The notes under the pieces: generated by a model
The model's database searches: none
Seen by the model: the letters and a program-made list of their open reading frames with translations, nothing else
Told to the model about the DNA's origin: nothing
Shown here: one piece after another, positions 41,385 to 49,963 of the stretch
How the letters are laid out: every line of letters begins with the position of its first letter
Position numbering within the stretch: position 1 is the first letter of the stretch
Translations under genes and position numbers: made by a program
Origin: an uncultured Actinomycetes bacterium
Lineage (GTDB): Bacteria; Actinomycetota; UBA4738; HRBIN12
DNA: 64,000 bases
Direction of reading: 5' to 3'
Assembly: GCA_963704725.1 (NCBI GenBank)
Contig: OY969934.1
Span: 1,536,001 to 1,600,000 of the forward strand

Positions 41385-42332
41385 ATGGACGAGACGGCGG
41401 ATCCGGGGTTCTACCGGGGGCTGCTGGAGGATCTCCACGACGGCGTCTACTTCGTCGATCGCGACCGGCGGATCACCTTCTGGAACCGAGGCGCCGAGCG
41501 CATCTCCGGATTCCCCGCCGCCGAGGCTCTCGGCCGGCGGTGCCAGGAGAACCTCCTGGTGCATACGGACGAGCTCGGTGCCAATCTGTGCGAGGAGGGC
41601 TGCCCGCTGCTCGCCACCATGGCGGACGGCATGCCGCGCGAAGCGGAGGTCTTCCTGAGGCATCGGAACGGGCATCGGGTGCCGATCCTGGTCAAGGCCA
41701 CGCCCATCCGCCGCGACGGGACCATCGTCGGAGCGGTCGAGACCTTCGACGACAACTCGGAGCGGATGGCCGCGCTGGATCAGATCCGGAGCCTCGAGCG
41801 ACTCGCGTTCGTCGACCCGCTCACCGAGATCCCGAACCGCCGCCTCACCGAGGCGACGCTCCGCAGGCGGTTCGACGAGCTCGAGCGGTACGCGTGGCCG
41901 TTCGGCGTCGTGATGCTGGACATCGACCGCTTCAAGCAGGTCAACGACGACCTCGGCCACGATGCGGGCGACGCGGTCCTGCGCATGGTCGCGCGTACGC
42001 TCGCCGCCGCCTCCCGATCCTTCGATCTCGTCGGGCGGTGGGGAGGTGACGAGTTCCTGGCCCTGGCGACCAACGTCGACGCCGACGGCCTGCGACGGAT
42101 CGCCGAGCGATACCACATCCTCGTTGCCCGTTCCGAGCTCTTGCTCGAGGACCGGCCGGTGCGGGTGACCGTCACGTCCGGCGCCACGGTCGCCAGGACC
42201 GACGACACGCTCGAATCGCTGCTCCGGCGGGCCGACGAGCTCATGTACCTCGGCAAGGCGCAGGGACGCGATCGGGTCGTCGACGATCGCGCGACCCCGA
42301 GCGCCCTCGCGCGTAGAGAGGGGTCTTCCTAG
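41385..42332 (+). CDS. PAS-GGDEF diguanylate cyclase
   Basis: PAS (WNRGAERISG), DPLT..PNRR, LDIDRFKQVNDDLGH, RSFD I-site, GRWGGDEF. Confidence 0.93.
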   Translation: MDETADPGFYRGLLEDLHDGVYFVDRDRRITFWNRGAERISGFPAAEALGRRCQENLLVHTDELGANLCEEGCPLLATMADGMPREAEVFLRHRNGHRVPILVKATPIRRDGTIVGAVETFDDNSERMAALDQIRSLERLAFVDPLTEIPNRRLTEATLRRRFDELERYAWPFGVVMLDIDRFKQVNDDLGHDAGDAVLRMVARTLAAASRSFDLVGRWGGDEFLALATNVDADGLRRIAERYHILVARSELLLEDRPVRVTVTSGATVARTDDTLESLLRRADELMYLGKAQGRDRVVDDRATPSALARREGSS

Positions 42333-42405
42333 ACCCCGTGCGTGGTCCGGCCCGGTCGCCGGACGCGAGAGTGAGCTCGATCGGGAGTGGTGCCGGGTCT
42401 TCACC

Positions 42406-42432
42406 GTGACCAGATCCCGTCGGTGAGCGTCT
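42406..42432 (+). promoter_or_regulatory. Putative ECF promoter GTGACC-N16-CGTCT upstream of an ECF sigma gene
   Basis: AAC/ACC...CGTC spacing typical of ECF promoters. Confidence 0.45.
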
Positions 42433-42449
42433 CTATCTGTGGTGAGATC

Positions 42450-42965
42450 GTGACCATCTCCGAATCCGCGTTCGACGACCGAACGGCCGGCCGGTCGTTC
42501 GGCGCGCTCTACGAGCGCCATGCCGAAGACGCCGTGGGCCTGGCGTATCTGCTCACCGGGGACCGCGCGGTGGCCGAGGACCTGATGCAGGACGCGTTCG
42601 TCCGGGTGGCCCGGCGATTCGTGCATCTGCGCGATCCGGACGCGTTCTGGAGCTACCTGCGCCGGTCCGTCGTCAACCTGGCGAACTCGTACTTCCGGCG
42701 CCGCGCCGTGGAGCGGCGGCATCTGGCCGGTCAGGTCCGGCCGGAGGCCGAAGGCCCGCCCGACCCGGGCGATCGCGTGGCCATCCGAACGGCGATCCTC
42801 CGGCTCCCCATGCGCCAGCGCACCGCCCTGGTGCTCCGGTACTACGAGGACCTTCCGGAGCGGGAGATCGCCGCGCTCATGGGCTGCCGGATCGGCGCCG
42901 TCAAGCAGTTGGTGTACCGGGCGATGGAGACGCTCCGGGGTGAGCTGAGAGAGGAGGAGCCGTGA
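42450..42965 (+). CDS. ECF RNA polymerase sigma factor (SigE-like)
   Basis: AYLLTGDRAVAEDLMQDAF, YLRRSVVN, LPMRQRTALVLRYYEDL..REIA..MG...GAVK. Confidence 0.9.
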   Translation: MTISESAFDDRTAGRSFGALYERHAEDAVGLAYLLTGDRAVAEDLMQDAFVRVARRFVHLRDPDAFWSYLRRSVVNLANSYFRRRAVERRHLAGQVRPEAEGPPDPGDRVAIRTAILRLPMRQRTALVLRYYEDLPEREIAALMGCRIGAVKQLVYRAMETLRGELREEEP

Positions 42966-43732
42966 CGGGAACCACGTCGTTCGATGAACGGATCCGGGCG
43001 GAGCTCGACCGCATGCGGACCGAGGTTCGGGCCGAGCGCCCCGCCCCGGCCGCCCTGCTCGCACGGGCTCGGCGGGCGATGGCCGTCACCCTCGCGAGCG
43101 CGGTGCTCGTCACGTCGGCCGTCGTCGGCGGATCGATCGTCGCCTGGCGCTCGCTCACCCCGGGGGGCTCAGAACGAGTCGGCATCCCGGCGGACGAAGG
43201 ACCGGCCACCCCTTCGCCATCGATCCCTTCGGGATCGGCTGAGGAGCTCCGCGCGCGGCCTCTGGCGCTCCCGGTCGTCCCCGCGGGCGCCGCCTGTCCC
43301 ACGACCCCGACCGTGCGGATCGAACCGGGGCCGCGGACGGGCTTCACCGGCCCCGCCTCGGTGCAGCAGGCCGGCGACGTCTACCTCGCGATGAGCGGCC
43401 ACACCGTGGCGCTCAGGACGCAGGACCTGACTCCGGACGGGTGGTACTCGGTCAAGGACGTCTGGGTCGTGGCGGGTTCGTACTCCGGTCCGGTCCTCGT
43501 CCGCGGCGGTCGGATCGACGCCGAGGGCCCGCTGCAGCTCGCCTGGAACCCGACGACGGAGCAGGTGAGGTCTCTGGTGATCGACGAGGCGTCGCCGTCG
43601 CTGCAGCGGGACTTCGAGACCGGCTGGCGATCGGTTCCGATGGAGGCCTTCGTCCGCACCCCGGGCTGCTACGCGTACCAGGTCGACGGGGTGGGTTTCA
43701 CCGCGTTCATCGTGTTCGAGGCCTCCGTCTGA
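42962..43732 (+). CDS. Putative membrane-anchored anti-sigma factor
   Basis: GTGA overlap with the sigma gene; short helical N-terminus, RARR, one TM helix, extracytoplasmic domain with CPTT...PGCYAYQVDG. Confidence 0.65.
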   Translation: MTGTTSFDERIRAELDRMRTEVRAERPAPAALLARARRAMAVTLASAVLVTSAVVGGSIVAWRSLTPGGSERVGIPADEGPATPSPSIPSGSAEELRARPLALPVVPAGAACPTTPTVRIEPGPRTGFTGPASVQQAGDVYLAMSGHTVALRTQDLTPDGWYSVKDVWVVAGSYSGPVLVRGGRIDAEGPLQLAWNPTTEQVRSLVIDEASPSLQRDFETGWRSVPMEAFVRTPGCYAYQVDGVGFTAFIVFEASV

Positions 43733-43864
43733 GGAACCGCGGCGACGCGCTCGCATCGTGGGCGTCCGATCGGCCGCAACGACCACACCGGACGACGACC
43801 GGCCGTGGTCGCTTCGACGAGAGCCCGGATCGCGCTCACGGGCGCGCTCGGGGGAACCCGTGCC

Positions 43865-44068
43865 TCAGTGCAGTCCCACCAGGGCTCCGAAGACCCCGGC
43901 GCCTCCCCACACGGACAGGATCGCGATGACGGCGAACGCCAGGCGAGGGAACCACCTCACGCGTTCCACTGAGCGAGCCGTGATGCCGTACTCGTACGCC
44001 TGGGCCCATCCCATCGTGGTCGCGGTCCGCTCGAGGGCTTCGGGGGAGAGCGTCGTCGTGGCGTCCAT
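43865..44068 (-). CDS. Small hypothetical membrane protein
   Basis: GAGGAG RBS; 67 aa with a C-terminal hydrophobic helix. Confidence 0.5.
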   Translation of the reverse strand: MDATTTLSPEALERTATTMGWAQAYEYGITARSVERVRWFPRLAFAVIAILSVWGGAGVFGALVGLH

Positions 44069-44395
44069 GGTCTCGCTCCTCGTTCGTCGTCGTATGTGCC
44101 CTGTCGACGGGGTTCGGGCGGACCGAAGCCATCCCCACCGCGGAGGGGAGGAACCCGAAGGGAGTCTGCGGTCCGCTCGTGGTCGGCGTTGCGGGATCCT
44201 ACGTAGTGCTCGGCAGACCCCGTAATCAGGATCCGGTACGGCCTCCCCGGGATCCGGTATCTCGCGCTACCGGGTTCCTGCAGGTCGGCAAGGGTGCCGA
44301 CCGATGGTGGGATCTGGGCGGGACCACGCGGTGCGAGCCGGAGGACCTAGTGGGTTCCCCCCTGGGCGGCGGCTCGATGTCGGTAGGGTTCGCCC

Positions 44396-44878
44396 GTGGA
44401 TCGCGCGTCCCTCGAGGCCGTCGTGCTGTACCTCGACGGTGAGGGGATCCGGCACGTCTCCCCCCACGGGCGGCAGACCGTCCGTGCCGAGTGGGATCCG
44501 GACCTCGACCCGCACGAGGTCATCGTCGATGCCGTGGCGGAGCTCGGCCTGGCCCCGATCATGGTGCACTCCACCTCCTGGAGGGTGGCCCGGCAGCTGA
44601 TCCTGCTCACGTTCCTCGTGGTGGTCGAGCCGCCGTCGGACGCACCGGACTCCTACGAGGTGCGGCTCGTCACCCGCGCCGACCTGGCGCGCGGCCGGGC
44701 CACCGGCCCACCGCCCGAGGTCCACCTGTCCCAGGTCGTCGAGCATGGCCTTCGGCACCTGGCCTGGCTCGTGCGCGGGGACGAGGCGATCCACGACGCC
44801 CTCGCCGGCTGGTCTCGCGTCCTCGGCGAGTACGAGCCCGAGCCCTTCCGGGCGTTCGGTCGCGAGCCCGGGGCCTAG
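44396..44878 (+). CDS. Hypothetical protein
   Basis: GC3-rich 160-aa ORF (VHSTSWR, EHGLRHLAWL); TAGGGT 6 nt upstream. Confidence 0.65.
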   Translation: MDRASLEAVVLYLDGEGIRHVSPHGRQTVRAEWDPDLDPHEVIVDAVAELGLAPIMVHSTSWRVARQLILLTFLVVVEPPSDAPDSYEVRLVTRADLARGRATGPPPEVHLSQVVEHGLRHLAWLVRGDEAIHDALAGWSRVLGEYEPEPFRAFGREPGA

Positions 44879-45051
44879 ATGCTGGGCTGTCGGACACCGT
44901 CCGGGGGTCAGGGCTGGACCGGCCGAGGGCTCTCGCCTCCGGGTTCGCGTACGATCCCGCTTCCGTCGCCGCGCGGACCAGGCGGGGTGCGGCTCGGCCC
45001 GACATGCCGTCGGTGGCCGGCGGGTGGCATGGGAGATCGGGGGAGGCGCAG

Positions 45052-45852
45052 GTGCCGGAGGATCTCGAGCGGCGGATCGACGATCTCTACGAATCGACGC
45101 CGGACCGGTTCACGAAGGAGCGGGACGACCTCGCCAAGCGCCTTCGGGCGGACGGGGATCGGGAGGGCGCGGATCGGGTCAAGGGGCTTCGAAAGCCGCT
45201 CGTCTCGGCGTGGGCCCTCAACGTCCTCGCCCGGGAGGAGCCGAAGACGATCGCCGAGCTCGAGGCGCTCGGGGTACGGCTCCGCGACGCCCAGCGGCGA
45301 GCGCTCTCCGGCGACGACGCCGGGGCGCTCCGGGACGCGCTCGACGAGCGGCGGGTGCTCGTGTCCCGGCTGTCGGCCCGGACCCGCGAGATCCTCGAGC
45401 GCCACGGCGTCGGCGGGCCGTCGCAGGACGAGGACGTGACGTCGACGCTCGAGGCCGCCGCGGTCGACGAAGCTGCCGCCGCGGCGCTGCTCGCGGGCCG
45501 GCTCACCCGACCGATGCGCCCGCCGGCCGCCTTCGGCGACGCCCCCGCCCTGACGGTCCTGCCGGGCGGGCGGCGCGGGGGGTCCTCGTCCCCCGGGGCC
45601 GAGGCCCCGCCCGACGACGGCGAGCGGGCCCGGCGGATCCGTGATCTCCGCCGCGAGCTCGGGGCCGCCGAGGCCCGGCAGCGCAGGACGACCGAGGCGG
45701 TGGCACGGGCCCGCGCTCGCCTGGAGGAGGCGGATCGACGGCGGGCCGACGCGAAGGAGCGTCTGCGCGAGGCCGAGGCCGAGCAGCGAGGCGCCGTCCT
45801 GGAGGCCAAGCGCCTGGGTGTCGCGTTGTCCAAGCTCGAGCCGAGGACCTGA
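45052..45852 (+). CDS. Hypothetical helical/coiled-coil protein
   Basis: GGAGG RBS, GTG 45052; DDLY...F...RDDLAKRL...LRKP...AWALN; C-terminal coiled coil. Confidence 0.7.
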   Translation: MPEDLERRIDDLYESTPDRFTKERDDLAKRLRADGDREGADRVKGLRKPLVSAWALNVLAREEPKTIAELEALGVRLRDAQRRALSGDDAGALRDALDERRVLVSRLSARTREILERHGVGGPSQDEDVTSTLEAAAVDEAAAAALLAGRLTRPMRPPAAFGDAPALTVLPGGRRGGSSSPGAEAPPDDGERARRIRDLRRELGAAEARQRRTTEAVARARARLEEADRRRADAKERLREAEAEQRGAVLEAKRLGVALSKLEPRT

Positions 45853-45916
45853 GGTCCGTCGCGGGGTATCCGGAGGTCACCGGCCCGCCGGTCGACGTTC
45901 GCTACCATGGCCGCCG

Positions 45917-48364
45917 ATGCGCAGGTACGAGCCGAACGAGTTCGAGCCGAGGTGGGTCGATCGCTGGGAGCGCGAGGGCCTGTACCGGGCCTCCGACGAC
46001 CCGGCGGATGATCGCCCCCGCTTCTACGCGCTCGACATGTTCCCGTACCCCTCGGGGGACCTGCACATGGGGCACGCCGAGGCCTTCAGCGGCGGCGACA
46101 CCATCGCCCGGTTCAAGTCGATGCGGGGCTTCAACGTGCTGCACCCGATCGGCTGGGACGCGTTCGGCCTGAACGCCGAGAACGCCGCGATCAAGCGCGG
46201 AACGCCGCCCTCGGAGTGGACCTACGCCAACATCGAGCAGCAGGCGGCGAGCTTCAAACGGTTCGGGATGTCGTTCGACTGGACCCGCCGCCTCCAGACG
46301 TGCGATCCCGAGTACTACCGCTGGACCCAGTGGCTGTTCCTGCGGCTGTTCGAGCGCGGGCTGGCCCACCGGAAGCAGGCACCGGTCAACTGGTGCCCCA
46401 AGGACGCCACGGTCCTGGCGAACGAGCAGGTGATCGCCGGTGCGTGCGAACGCTGCGGGACGCCGGTGGAGCGCCGCGACCTGACGCAGTGGTTCCTCAA
46501 GATCACCGACTACGCGCAGCGGCTGCTGGACGACGTCGACCTGCTGACCGACTGGCCGGACCGGGTCATCACGATGCAGCGGAACTGGATCGGGCGTTCC
46601 GAGGGCGCCCAGGTCACGTTCGCGATCGAGGAGACCGGCGACGAGGTCGAGATCTTCACGACCCGCCCTGACACGCTATGGGGCGTGACGTTCTTCGTGT
46701 TCGCCGTCGAGCACCCCCTGGTGGCCAAGCTGGCCGAGGTCGGCGGGACGCAGGACGCGGTTCGCCCGTTGCTGGACAAGGTCCGGGGCACCGCGCTCAC
46801 GGTCCGGGACGAGGCGGACACGACCGAGGGCGTCGCCCTCGGCGTGCACGCCGTCAACCCGGTGAACGGCGAGCGCGTGCCGTGCTTCGTCGCGCCGTAC
46901 GTCCTGATGGAGTACGGGACCGGCGCCATCATGGCCGTGCCCGCCCACGACGAGCGCGACTTCGCGTTCGCGCGGGCCCACGACCTGCCGGTCCGCGTGG
47001 TGATCGAGCCCGAGGGCGAGACGCGCGACGCCGAGACCATGACCGAGGCGTACGGCCACGACGGCGTCATGGTGCGCTCGGGGCCGTTCGACGGCGAGCG
47101 CTCGCCGGAGTCGATCGCCAAGGTCGCCGCGTGGCTCGAGGCCGAGGGCCGTGGGCGCGCGGCCGTCACGTTCCGGCTGCGCGACTGGCTGATCTCGCGG
47201 CAGCGGTACTGGGGCGCTCCGATCCCGATCGTGCACTGCGAGACGTGCGGCGAGGTGGCCGTGCCCGACGACCAGCTCCCGGTCCTGCTCCCCGAGGACG
47301 TGGACTTCCAGCCGGGGGGCGAGTCCCCGCTGGCCCGGCACCCGTCGTGGTCCAAGACGGTCTGCCCGCGCTGCGGCGGCGACGCCCGCCGCGACACGGA
47401 CACCATGGACACGTTCGTCGACTCGAGCTGGTACTTCTACCGGTACTGCTCGCCCGGGTACGAGAACGGTCCCTTCCGGACCGAGGACGTCGAGCGATGG
47501 ATGCCCGTCGGCCAGTACACGGGCGGGGTCGAGCACGCCATCCTGCATCTGCTGTACTCGCGGTTCCTGTGCAAGGTCCTGTTCGACCTCGAGATGGTCT
47601 CGTTCGTCGAGCCGTTCCCGAAGCTGATGAACCAGGGGCAGGTGATCTTCGGCGGCGCCTCGATGTCCAAGACCAAGGGCAACATCGTGGAGCCGATGCC
47701 GATCGTGCAGCGATGGGGCGCCGACACCATGCGCCTGATGATGCTGTTCGCGGGCCCGTTCGAGGACGACATCGACTGGAAGCTGATCGCGCCGGACCCG
47801 AACAAGCGTCCCGGCGTCACGTCCTGGCTGGGCCGGGTGTTCGCCGCCGTCGACGACGCCGCCGTCACCGACGCCGCCGAGCCCGAGTCGCTGGTCCGGG
47901 CGACCCACCGGACGATCAGGGGCGTCACCGACGACCTGGAGCGGTTCCGATTCAACACGGCGATCTCCAAGCTGATGGTGCTGACCAACGACATGCGGGC
48001 GGCGCTGGACGCGGGAGGCGGCGCCCGCGCCGCCGCCGAGGCGCTCGTGCCGATGCTGGCCCCGTTCGCGCCGTTCGCCGCCGAAGAGCTGTGGCGGGAG
48101 GTGCTTCGGCGGGGTTCGTCGGTCCACGTCGCGCCGTGGCCCGCCTACGACCCGGCCCTGGCCGCCGAGGACACCGTCACGCTGGTCGCCCAGGTGGACG
48201 GCAAGGTCCGCGACCGGATCGAGGTGGCCGCCGGCGCCTCCGAGGAGGTGTGCCGAGAGCTGGCCATGGCCTCGGAGCGGGTGCTGCGGGCGATCGACGG
48301 GCGGGAGGTCCGCCGGGTGATCGTCCGGGCTCCGCGCCTGGTGAACGTCGTCACGGCCGGCTGA
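45917..48364 (+). CDS. leuS: Leucine-tRNA ligase
   Basis: MFPYPSGDLHMGH, GWDAFG, MQRNWIG, FTTRPDT, GTGAIMAVPAHD, SRQRYWG, GGVEHAILHLLYSRF, MSKTKGN. Confidence 0.96.
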   Translation: MRRYEPNEFEPRWVDRWEREGLYRASDDPADDRPRFYALDMFPYPSGDLHMGHAEAFSGGDTIARFKSMRGFNVLHPIGWDAFGLNAENAAIKRGTPPSEWTYANIEQQAASFKRFGMSFDWTRRLQTCDPEYYRWTQWLFLRLFERGLAHRKQAPVNWCPKDATVLANEQVIAGACERCGTPVERRDLTQWFLKITDYAQRLLDDVDLLTDWPDRVITMQRNWIGRSEGAQVTFAIEETGDEVEIFTTRPDTLWGVTFFVFAVEHPLVAKLAEVGGTQDAVRPLLDKVRGTALTVRDEADTTEGVALGVHAVNPVNGERVPCFVAPYVLMEYGTGAIMAVPAHDERDFAFARAHDLPVRVVIEPEGETRDAETMTEAYGHDGVMVRSGPFDGERSPESIAKVAAWLEAEGRGRAAVTFRLRDWLISRQRYWGAPIPIVHCETCGEVAVPDDQLPVLLPEDVDFQPGGESPLARHPSWSKTVCPRCGGDARRDTDTMDTFVDSSWYFYRYCSPGYENGPFRTEDVERWMPVGQYTGGVEHAILHLLYSRFLCKVLFDLEMVSFVEPFPKLMNQGQVIFGGASMSKTKGNIVEPMPIVQRWGADTMRLMMLFAGPFEDDIDWKLIAPDPNKRPGVTSWLGRVFAAVDDAAVTDAAEPESLVRATHRTIRGVTDDLERFRFNTAISKLMVLTNDMRAALDAGGGARAAAEALVPMLAPFAPFAAEELWREVLRRGSSVHVAPWPAYDPALAAEDTVTLVAQVDGKVRDRIEVAAGASEEVCRELAMASERVLRAIDGREVRRVIVRAPRLVNVVTAG

Positions 48365-48460
48365 CTGCTCGACCCTGCCCGGGCGGGTCGTTCGACTCCG
48401 GCCGCCGCCTCGGCTCCGATCCACGCTGGCGTGAGCAGGTCAGGGCAGGAGGAGCGGGCG

Positions 48461-49831
48461 ATGGAGGACTGGTTCGAGCCGTACAAGATCAAGGCCGTCG
48501 AGGCCATCCCGATCACGACTCGGGAGCAGCGGCTCGCGGCGCTCGACGAGGCCGGCTGGAATACGTTCCTGCTGCGTTCGGACCAGGTCACGATCGATCT
48601 GCTGACGGACTCGGGGACCAACGCCATGAGCGATCGGCAGTGGGCGGCGCTCATGCTCGGGGACGAGGCCTACGCGGGGAGCCGGAGCTTCTACCGATTC
48701 GAGGAGGCCGTGCGCCGGGTCTACGGCTACGAGCACGTGATCCCCACCCACCAGGGGCGGGGCGCCGAGCACATCGTCTCGGAGATGCTGATCCGCGAGG
48801 GCGACGAGGTGCCCGGCAACATGTACTTCACGACGACACGCCTGCACCAGGAGCTCGCCGGCGGACAGTTCGTCGACGTCGTGACCGAGCAGGCCCACGA
48901 TCCCGAGAGCCACCACCCGTTCAAGGGCGACGTCGACCTGGGCAAGCTCGAGAAGGTCATCGAGCGCGCGGAGAACGTCCCCTACCTGTCGATCGCCGGG
49001 ACCGTGAACATGGCCGGGGGCCAGCCGATCTCGCTGGCCAACCTGCGCCGGGTGCGGGAGATCGCGGACGAGCACGGCATCCCGGTCATCCTCGACGCCA
49101 CCAGGGCGGTGGAGAACGCCTGGTTCATCAAGGAGCGCGAGCCCGGCTTCGCCGATCGCACGGTCGCCGAGATCCTGCGTGAGATGTGCGACCTGACCGA
49201 CGGCTGCACGATGTCGGCGAAGAAGGACTCGCTCGTGAACATCGGCGGCTGGATCGGCCTTCGCGACCCGGAGCTGGCCGCCCAGGCCCGGAACCTGTGC
49301 GTCGTGTACGAGGGGCTCCACACGTACGGGGGCCTCGCGGGACGGGACCTCGAGGCGATCGCCGTCGGGATCGAGGAGTCGATCGACGAGCATCACGTCC
49401 GCGCCCGGATCCTCCAGGTTCGCGAGCTGGGGGAGGAGATCCGGGCCGCCGGCGTGCCCATCGTCGAGCCGATCGGCGGCCACGCCGTCTTCCTGGACGC
49501 CCGGCGCATCTACGACCACCTTCCGCAGGAGTCGTTCCCCGCCCAGCGACTCGCCGCCGAGATCTACCTGGACTCCGGCACCAGGACGATGGAGCGCGGG
49601 ATCGTCTCGGCCGGACGCGACCCCGAGACCGGCCAGCACCGGCACCCCGCGCTGGAGCTCGTCCGCATCACGATCCCCCGGCGGGTGTACACGACGAAGC
49701 ACCTGTCCGCCGTGGCCCGGTCCGTGGCCGCCGTCTACCTCCGGCGCCACCAGACGCCCGGGTTGGAGATGGTCTTCGAGCCGCGGTACCTGCGCTTCTT
49801 CCAGGCGCGCTTCCGTCCCCTGGACGGGTGA
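48461..49831 (+). CDS. tpl: Tyrosine phenol-lyase (beta-eliminating lyase family)
   Basis: DLLTDSGT, GDEAYAG, HQGRGAE, MSAKKD (PLP Lys). NMYFTTTR, MERG and LRFF match TPL rather than tryptophanase. Confidence 0.85.
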   Translation: MEDWFEPYKIKAVEAIPITTREQRLAALDEAGWNTFLLRSDQVTIDLLTDSGTNAMSDRQWAALMLGDEAYAGSRSFYRFEEAVRRVYGYEHVIPTHQGRGAEHIVSEMLIREGDEVPGNMYFTTTRLHQELAGGQFVDVVTEQAHDPESHHPFKGDVDLGKLEKVIERAENVPYLSIAGTVNMAGGQPISLANLRRVREIADEHGIPVILDATRAVENAWFIKEREPGFADRTVAEILREMCDLTDGCTMSAKKDSLVNIGGWIGLRDPELAAQARNLCVVYEGLHTYGGLAGRDLEAIAVGIEESIDEHHVRARILQVRELGEEIRAAGVPIVEPIGGHAVFLDARRIYDHLPQESFPAQRLAAEIYLDSGTRTMERGIVSAGRDPETGQHRHPALELVRITIPRRVYTTKHLSAVARSVAAVYLRRHQTPGLEMVFEPRYLRFFQARFRPLDG

Positions 49832-49885
49832 GGTTCCACTTCGGAGCATCGCCTCGCCCTCCGCGATCCCCCGATCGGCCGCCGC

Positions 49886-49912
49886 TCAACCCAGGAGGCC
49901 GAGCGCCGATAA
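49886..49912 (+). promoter_or_regulatory. sigma28/WhiG-type promoter TCAA-N15-GCCGATAA
   Basis: Perfect 8-bp -10 element and canonical 15-nt spacer upstream of an orphan histidine kinase. Confidence 0.7.
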
Positions 49913-49963
49913 CTAGGCGGGACCATCGGGGTATGGCCCGCTTTCCGTTGGGCGGGAGGGAAC

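Noticed and set aside
38536-45852. Treating the whole tRNA-Ala to leuS interval as one mobile element
   Set aside because: The att repeat closes at 38535. Genes from about 40.1 kb on have host-like codon usage, and I found no further boundary repeat.
48431-49831. Tryptophanase (tnaA) call
   Set aside because: Specificity residues (FTTT, MERG, LRFF) match tyrosine phenol-lyase.
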